Shown here piece after piece: positions 57,961-64,000 of a DNA stretch of 64,000 nt (position 1 is the stretch's first letter; each line of letters begins with the position of its first letter). The DNA is taken from the NCBI GenBank assembly GCA_958295815.1, contig OY282374.1:1863917-1927916 (forward strand), written 5' to 3'. The position numbers and the translations under genes are program-made. The notes under the pieces were generated by a model. That model was not told the DNA's origin. It worked only from the letters and a program-made list of their open reading frames with translations, and searched no databases. The stretch is from Candidatus Poribacteria bacterium. GTDB lineage: Bacteria > Poribacteria > WGA-4E > WGA-3G.

Positions 57961-59847
57961 TTAAAATAGAAAACGATACATCGGTTGGTCGAGGGCAACA
58001 GCCAAGAGACTCCAAAAAGCCCCTATCACAAACTCACCGAGTACAATGCCGAGGAAAAACGGAACAGCTTTTCGATGTAAATGAAGACCGCCATATTTCA
58101 GCACCAACCATTTAAGCAACCATCCAACGAAGATAGACCCCACCATCGGATTGATTGCCCAACTTCCTGAGATCGCATAACCCACAGGGTGTAAATTCCA
58201 CCAGAGAAACCGCATCCGCATCGCTGCAAGTAATAGGGTCAGCCCAAATCCAAACGACGCGAAGCTAATCGCTGGCACATCCGGCGGTGCTGTGTAAGTG
58301 AGCCACGTCTCTAACCGATTAAAAGATTCCCTACCGAAACCTGCAAAGCCTCCTTCTGAGTAATACATAGACAAATATGCCCAGAATGAGCCGAGTGCAC
58401 CTAACGCGGAAGCCAGCATCATGAGAATCGCAAATCGTCGCAGCGGGATATTGGCACCTTCAGCCAATTTGAAACCTTCGAGTTGGTGGGGCATGGCGTG
58501 TGAACGGTGTGCACGGTTCAAGCAATAGAGATAAGCAAAACCTGTTAAGTTCACCGATCCAAGTCGGCGGATACCTAACAAGCGCGGCAACATTTCGTCA
58601 GGTCCAATAAAGTGTAAATCGTGGACTGGCGAACCGAGTTCCGCACGTAGACGCGTAATTGCAATTGCAATTGCGAACCAGATCGAGAAATAGACAATGA
58701 TTACCCAGAAACTCATGCCCATCTTGAGGCAGAATCCGACGATGAATACTGATCCGACGAGAAATCCGAGAACAATCAAACGGTATGAGACAGGTTCATC
58801 TGCTTTTGGTGATATGAGTTGGCGTGCCACATCCATCAGATAGCGACGGCTCATCCAGATAGCAACGACGCACAAACCTAAATACGCACCGTGTGACTGT
58901 TCAGCTTCATAAGGAAAGCGTGGCAGCCCGCGCCACCCGGCAACGACTCCTAATAAACGTTCCGCTCGCCAAATTAGCCAAAATGCCCAGCATGAGAAGG
59001 AAAGGTCCAGCGGTATAAAGAACGAAAGCCCGACACCGAACGGGAAGACACCAAGAGGACTCCAGCCTATTCCGTTCCATGGACGTTCTGTAAAAATCTG
59101 CCGCAGATCATACAACTTTCCGCCGAGACTCGGAACCGCAGGAAACAGGAAGTTTAACCCGTTAATAATATCAATTCCGACACCGATCGAAAGTCCAAGC
59201 CACATCCACGGGGAAGTAAAGAACTTACGGCTGCGTGTTGTCATTTCATAAGGCAGTTGAATGATAGGATAACTTAGTCGTTCTGATTCAACCCACTGTT
59301 TCCGAAAGAGCAAACACAAACAGAGCATCACGAGATGGACAGCAACCAAGAAAAGCGTCCACCAGAAGATCGCAGGCAGCCAAGCGGTTAAGTAGCGTGA
59401 TTCCCAGATACTCGCAAACCCGTGGTAGTATCCCTCCAGCACACGTTTATTGCTGACAGCCAACCACTGCGGAACGTGCAAATGAAACAGATTACTCCAA
59501 TCGTTTTCTGGCGTGGCAAACCAGTGAGCATGTCCGATGATCGGCATGAGAACTAAGAATCTATCGACGCCTGCCAGCCCCGCACCCACTGAGATGCAGG
59601 TGTAGATAACAAGCAATTCCGCTCGGTTCAACACAAGCGCGCGATGCAACCGACGCAAAAGTAGCCCGATGCCCAGTAGGATTAAAATGGTGATAACGGC
59701 ATTGTAGAAAAGCGAAACCTGCGTCGGACTCCCGCCGCCACGGATAATAGAGGCGGACACCCACCAACAATTGGCAGGCACTAACACGCAGATGAGGAAA
59801 ATAGTGAATGGCCGAATTTTGAGATTTTGGGTTGGGACGTTCTTCAC
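57961..59847 (-). CDS. Large polytopic membrane protein (DUF6785/DUF6784-type), paralog 2
   Basis: FATPENDW, RKQWVESERLSYP, WWNLHPVG, LKYGG...GIVLGE; shares motifs with 48982-50952. Confidence 0.75.
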   Translation of the reverse strand: MKNVPTQNLKIRPFTIFLICVLVPANCWWVSASIIRGGGSPTQVSLFYNAVITILILLGIGLLLRRLHRALVLNRAELLVIYTCISVGAGLAGVDRFLVLMPIIGHAHWFATPENDWSNLFHLHVPQWLAVSNKRVLEGYYHGFASIWESRYLTAWLPAIFWWTLFLVAVHLVMLCLCLLFRKQWVESERLSYPIIQLPYEMTTRSRKFFTSPWMWLGLSIGVGIDIINGLNFLFPAVPSLGGKLYDLRQIFTERPWNGIGWSPLGVFPFGVGLSFFIPLDLSFSCWAFWLIWRAERLLGVVAGWRGLPRFPYEAEQSHGAYLGLCVVAIWMSRRYLMDVARQLISPKADEPVSYRLIVLGFLVGSVFIVGFCLKMGMSFWVIIVYFSIWFAIAIAITRLRAELGSPVHDLHFIGPDEMLPRLLGIRRLGSVNLTGFAYLYCLNRAHRSHAMPHQLEGFKLAEGANIPLRRFAILMMLASALGALGSFWAYLSMYYSEGGFAGFGRESFNRLETWLTYTAPPDVPAISFASFGFGLTLLLAAMRMRFLWWNLHPVGYAISGSWAINPMVGSIFVGWLLKWLVLKYGGLHLHRKAVPFFLGIVLGEFVIGAFWSLLAVALDQPMYRFLF

Positions 59848-60086
59848 CTTCTTTCAAGAGATACCACTAATATTTTACACTGTTTTTCGTCAGTTAGCAA
59901 GAAAATTATATTGACAACCGCAACCTATGTAAGTCTAGTTCTCGAATCCCAGCTGCTGACTGTTCACCACCATCTACGAGCCAATTAGATTGTCTACTGA
60001 AAATAGATGTGTTATAATCAAATATTGAAGCCGCAGCAGAAACCGTTAGCAAAAATCCTCCAGTCGTGACAAGGGTCTCGAATCCA

Positions 60087-61715
60087 ATGCGCCTCAGCAA
60101 ATCAAAAAAAATCATTATCATCAGTCTAATCGTTCTTATTGGAGTTATCATTTTGCTATCCATTATTTATCGACAGAATGCATTGTGGGAACCGGAACAA
60201 CATCTTATTACACTGCTCCCAAAATCTCCAATATGTTACCTGACCCTCAAAGAATTAAAAGGCTTAGTGGAAACTTTCAATCGTAGTGAGTTGGGGCAGC
60301 AGACGGCTAAAATGCCACTTCTCGCCGAAATAGAAAATCAGATGTGGTGGAAACAACTTGTTTATCAGAAACAACTCTGGGAATACGAAATGGGGGGTAA
60401 GCTTGACCTTAAGACTGTCATCGGCTATTTCGGAGAGGAGGCTATCCTTGCGTTTTATCGGCGTGAAGGCGAACTCTCATTTCTTCTTATCACAAAGGTC
60501 GGTGGGGCTGAGAAACTGAGCATTGAGGCGATTACCGCAACCGATGCAATCAACCCCAACTACGAACGCATCCAAACCGAGTATCGCGAATTCACCATTA
60601 ATACCATTACAGGATATCCCCGTGATTTTAGTTATGCCTTCATCGGAAAAATCGGTATTTTAAGCCTGGATCCACTGCTGTTAGCGGAGACGCTTGACAT
60701 CTATACAGGTGCTTCTGGCGTGAAAGTAGCACAGAACAGTCAAGGATTTACCGCTGAGCACTCAATGTCGAACGAGATTCAGCAGGACTATCGTCAGGAC
60801 AAAAGCACCGGATATGTAGATGTGAAACAACTCGGGGTTGTCTTGAAAAATGTAGGGTCGGGCGCGCTTGTCAAACAAATTTATGGGTTCTTGGGGGACG
60901 CTGAATTTTGGACGTTCAGCAATCGGTACGAAGACGGTGTAATTGTTTCACGGCATCGCCTTCGCCAGCGCGCTGAGAAGCGTCAGTCTGTGATTCCATC
61001 AACGGATGACGCAAAACCCTTCATCGCTTTTCCTGAGCGAACTGCTTTTGTTACTTCGCTACCTATTTCAAATCAGATGTCGAATCTATTCGGCAATATT
61101 GATCTCTCCCAAGTTTTAGGAACAGACCTGACGATTCTCTTGGTTGCCCCGGAACCCGATGAAGTATCCGTGGTGCCTTCATTAGTGCTACTTGCACACG
61201 CCAAGGAACCCGAACCATTAAAAGCGGTTTTGGAGGTCGTGAAACAAGGGAAAATCTCTCTGGCAGGCAAATCATTGGAGTTCCTTGAACCGCAGGATTA
61301 CAGGGATTTTACAATCCAACCCATCCAACTCCGTCTCAATTTTCTGATGGCAGTTACGGGCGGATATGCCATTGTTGATGACTATTTTGTTTTGAGTACA
61401 ACGCTGGCAGGATTAAAATCTGTAATTGATACGACTACAGGCAACGCATCTACCTTGACCGATATTCCGTTCTATGCCGATGCGAATAACGTTCATGTAT
61501 TCATTCAACCGGATCTGTTTGTCCCAGAGTTGAAACGTTTCCTTCCGGTAGCGACAGTGCTGCTCTCACTTTCAGGACAGAAATTGGATACAGTATTGAA
61601 TCGACGTATCACTGAGAATCTCTTTCCACTAGAGTCGCTCGGTCCCGTTTCTGCTGAAATTGATTTTACAGAGGACGGCATAGATACAGAGATTCGGATT
61701 GTTTTGGAAAAGTAA
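60087..61715 (+). CDS. Membrane-anchored hypothetical protein
   Basis: Long ORF, one N-terminal TM followed by a large soluble domain with internal repeat-like segments; ATG at 60087. Confidence 0.7.
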   Translation: MRLSKSKKIIIISLIVLIGVIILLSIIYRQNALWEPEQHLITLLPKSPICYLTLKELKGLVETFNRSELGQQTAKMPLLAEIENQMWWKQLVYQKQLWEYEMGGKLDLKTVIGYFGEEAILAFYRREGELSFLLITKVGGAEKLSIEAITATDAINPNYERIQTEYREFTINTITGYPRDFSYAFIGKIGILSLDPLLLAETLDIYTGASGVKVAQNSQGFTAEHSMSNEIQQDYRQDKSTGYVDVKQLGVVLKNVGSGALVKQIYGFLGDAEFWTFSNRYEDGVIVSRHRLRQRAEKRQSVIPSTDDAKPFIAFPERTAFVTSLPISNQMSNLFGNIDLSQVLGTDLTILLVAPEPDEVSVVPSLVLLAHAKEPEPLKAVLEVVKQGKISLAGKSLEFLEPQDYRDFTIQPIQLRLNFLMAVTGGYAIVDDYFVLSTTLAGLKSVIDTTTGNASTLTDIPFYADANNVHVFIQPDLFVPELKRFLPVATVLLSLSGQKLDTVLNRRITENLFPLESLGPVSAEIDFTEDGIDTEIRIVLEK

Positions 61716-61780
61716 TTCATTCGGTTCGGGGGATATATCGACGTGACATCTGCCGCGTTATGTGGTATCTTAATAATATA

Positions 61781-61984
61781 ACGCCAGTTTGAAAAAAAAT
61801 ATTAGAAGCCAAGACCGACGCATATTGAGCAAAAAAGCAATAAATCCACCCAGAATGAGGAGGTTTTTAGGGATCTAACCCCCTAAAGAATCAACGGTAT
61901 GAATGCCTCATGGCATTCCCCGCCCCTTATCAGGGGGACTTTAATCGGAAATGCGCCTACTCTAAATATTTATTAAACTCACGT
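61781..61984. mobile_element. MITE (204 bp) with 7-bp TSD TAATATA and nested hairpin insertion
   Basis: Near-identical to 57673-57844 plus extra GAATCAACGGTATGAATGCCTCATGGCATTCCCCG at 61888-61922; TAATATA at 61774-61780 and 61985-61991. Confidence 0.88.
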
Positions 61985-62017
61985 TAATATACAGAAAACG
62001 AGAAAAGGGAGGTTATC

Positions 62018-62368
62018 ATGGAAAAAGATACGCTTGAATCTATTACCCAGCGTTTAGACCGATTGGAGAAGGTAGTTACACAGGTGAATGAGCAACTTTC
62101 TTGGATCGTTGAGGAATTGGTTCCAGATGCTCCGAAGGACCGCGAAACACCAGTGACGGAGGTGACTGGAACACAGGATAATAATCAAGAAGATAATATT
62201 GGTGCTAAAGTAATTGAGGGAATATTGGAGAAGATGGGGTATCCACCAGACTTCAAACCGAGGCCACTTGAGGAAGTTCGCAAAAGTATGGTTGAAAGTG
62301 GTATTCGCCCGGAGGACAACGAATTTAGCCGAGCGATTATTGCAGAACGAGAGAACAGACACTTATAG
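62018..62368 (+). CDS. Hypothetical acidic protein, possible orphan VapB-like antitoxin
   Basis: RBS AAGGGAGG; N-terminal coiled coil; C-terminal FSRAIIAERE resembles tails of PIN-toxin partners. Confidence 0.6.
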   Translation: MEKDTLESITQRLDRLEKVVTQVNEQLSWIVEELVPDAPKDRETPVTEVTGTQDNNQEDNIGAKVIEGILEKMGYPPDFKPRPLEEVRKSMVESGIRPEDNEFSRAIIAERENRHL

Positions 62369-62385
62369 ATTGGATAAGATAATAC

Positions 62386-63438
62386 ATGGAAAAAAAGATT
62401 GGTATAGGTATAATAAGTTTTGCACATGGACACGCCAACGCCTACTGCAACCAAATGCAGACGTTTGAGGATGTCGATCTCATCGCATGCTGGGACGATA
62501 ACGCTGAACGTGGCGAAGCTGCCGCAACGCAATACGGTATGCGTTACTCACCGCATCTCGAAGATGTCATCAACCACCGCGAAATTCATGCTGTTATTGT
62601 AACCTGCGAGACGAATCGACACGCAGAGATGGTAGAGGCAGCGGCATCTGAAGGAAAGCATATCCTTTGCCAAAAACCGATGGCACTCACGTTGGAAGAT
62701 TGCGACAGGATTGCGGCGGTAGTCGAAAAGACTGGGGTCAAGTTTATGATGGGACATCAGATGCGGCGCGACCCAGCGAACATCGCGATGAAAGAAATCA
62801 TTGACAGTGAGGTCTTGGGGAAAATTGGTGTGCTACGCCGCCGACACTGTATCAACGCCTTATTTAGTGAAGCCTTCGTAACAGGACCCAGTCGATGGCA
62901 TATTGATCCAGAGAAAAATATGGGAATGTTCATGGACGATGCCTCGCATGCAACCGATTTTATCCATTGGATGCTTGGTAAACCGACAAGCGTTATCGCT
63001 GAAATCGATAATATTTTGACGGACGTTGCCCCTGATGACACAGGTTTGGCTGTCTATAGGTTTGCGGGTGGAGAGATGGCGATCTTACTGAATACGTCTG
63101 TGACACTCGCTGGTGAGAATACAACGGAGATCTATGGTGATGAGGGTGTGGTAATTCAGAACTATGGAGATGCTCCGTCATGTAACATCCCGCGTCCAGC
63201 AGATGCTGTGGCACTTAAGTTGTATACACGAGATGAACCCTCATGGAAGGATTTGGGTATCCCAATTCCAGACGGTCATGGAGAACGGATCGGTGGTGTA
63301 CCGCGTCCGTTTATTGATTGTCTGAAAAACGACACAGAACCCGATGTCACAGTGGAAGATGGGCGGGTTTCGGTGGAGATGGTTTTAGGAGCGTATCGTT
63401 CGGCACAGGAGGGACGGCGCGTTACGTTTCCGCTCTAA
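62386..63438 (+). CDS. Gfo/Idh/MocA family oxidoreductase
   Basis: IGIISFAHGH, KHILCQKPMA, DDASHATD. Confidence 0.9.
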   Translation: MEKKIGIGIISFAHGHANAYCNQMQTFEDVDLIACWDDNAERGEAAATQYGMRYSPHLEDVINHREIHAVIVTCETNRHAEMVEAAASEGKHILCQKPMALTLEDCDRIAAVVEKTGVKFMMGHQMRRDPANIAMKEIIDSEVLGKIGVLRRRHCINALFSEAFVTGPSRWHIDPEKNMGMFMDDASHATDFIHWMLGKPTSVIAEIDNILTDVAPDDTGLAVYRFAGGEMAILLNTSVTLAGENTTEIYGDEGVVIQNYGDAPSCNIPRPADAVALKLYTRDEPSWKDLGIPIPDGHGERIGGVPRPFIDCLKNDTEPDVTVEDGRVSVEMVLGAYRSAQEGRRVTFPL

Positions 63439-63449
63439 AGTATGAATTA

Positions 63450-64000
63450 TTACGGACTATTCCGGCGCATGATGCTGAGGATCTGACCTGTCATTCCGCT
63501 ATCGGGCTGTTGCGTTGCGAGAAAGAGTGCCGATGCGACAACCTGCTCCGGTTCCTTCCATGGATCACTTTGCGCTCTGAAACTATCAGCACTTTCCCAA
63601 GCAGGTTTTGAGAGTTCTGTTCTCACTGGACCGGGGATAAGTACGTTTGCGATGATGCCGTCCTGCCATACCTCTTCAGCGATCGCTTGTGTCAATCCAT
63701 GCAGAGCCGCCTTAGAAGCACAATAGACGCTGAGGTTCGCATGTCCAACCTGACCCATGCCCGAACCTACATTGATAATATTTCCGCTGCCCTGTTCCTG
63801 CATAACCGGCAACGTAGCACGACAACAGCGTACAACACCCATCACATTAATCTGCCACCCTTGTTCCCACTCCTCATCTGTAGAATCTAAAAATAGACCT
63901 CTCGGATTGATACCGGCATTGTTGACGAGGATATCTATTCTTCCAAACCGATCTACGGTTTGCTGGACGAGGTTGTCCACTTCTGTCTGGATTCGCAAAT
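63450..64000 (-). CDS. Short-chain dehydrogenase/reductase (3' part, 5' end outside window)
   Basis: ILVNNAGI, NVGS, YCASK (YxxxK), IPGPV. Confidence 0.9.
   Translation of the reverse strand, partial: LRIQTEVDNLVQQTVDRFGRIDILVNNAGINPRGLFLDSTDEEWEQGWQINVMGVVRCCRATLPVMQEQGSGNIINVGSGMGQVGHANLSVYCASKAALHGLTQAIAEEVWQDGIIANVLIPGPVRTELSKPAWESADSFRAQSDPWKEPEQVVASALFLATQQPDSGMTGQILSIMRRNSP

Noticed and set aside
57673-61984. Composite transposon formed by the two MITEs around two genes
   Set aside because: Each copy has its own distinct TSD pair, indicating independent insertions.
1-64000. CRISPR array, tRNA or rRNA genes
   Set aside because: No regularly spaced repeat-spacer units or cloverleaf/rRNA motifs were seen by eye. 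The TCGAATCC motifs near 59942 and 60078 lack tRNA stems.

Overview
Gene-dense bacterial chromosomal window with about 55 CDS. I saw no rRNA, tRNA, CRISPR array, intact transposase or prophage. The gene content points to Candidatus Poribacteria, a sponge symbiont (inference, not a database result): five PhyH-family Fe/2OG oxygenases, two sulfatases, an ASPIC/UnbV FG-GAP protein, a LamG protein ending in AVDPxxKLxTTWGxxK and two DUF6785-type membrane proteins. Housekeeping genes are mutS, mtaB, fabV, dnaK, mdh, msrB, sat, an nth-like glycosylase and a ClpX-like ATPase. Signals not visible in the ORF track: (1) one PhyH paralog has the halogenase-type H-x-A iron motif and heads an apparent operon with a nucleoside-phosphorylase-fold protein, a GNAT and a second PhyH; (2) two TA toxins (RelE-like, BrnT-like) each carry one in-frame stop beside an intact antitoxin; (3) two copies of a 172/204-bp MITE, each with a perfect 7-bp TA-NNN-TA target duplication, one carrying a nested hairpin; (4) a DUF1593 gene bracketed by a ~100-bp degenerate duplication of the neighbouring gene's 3' end; (5) a sigma-54-type promoter and palindrome, with no CIRCE, ahead of dnaK; (6) a DUF2779 protein with a degenerate nuclease motif; (7) a DUF2088 plus Zn-dehydrogenase pair recalling putative ether-lipid clusters. 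Family names come from motif recognition, not searches.
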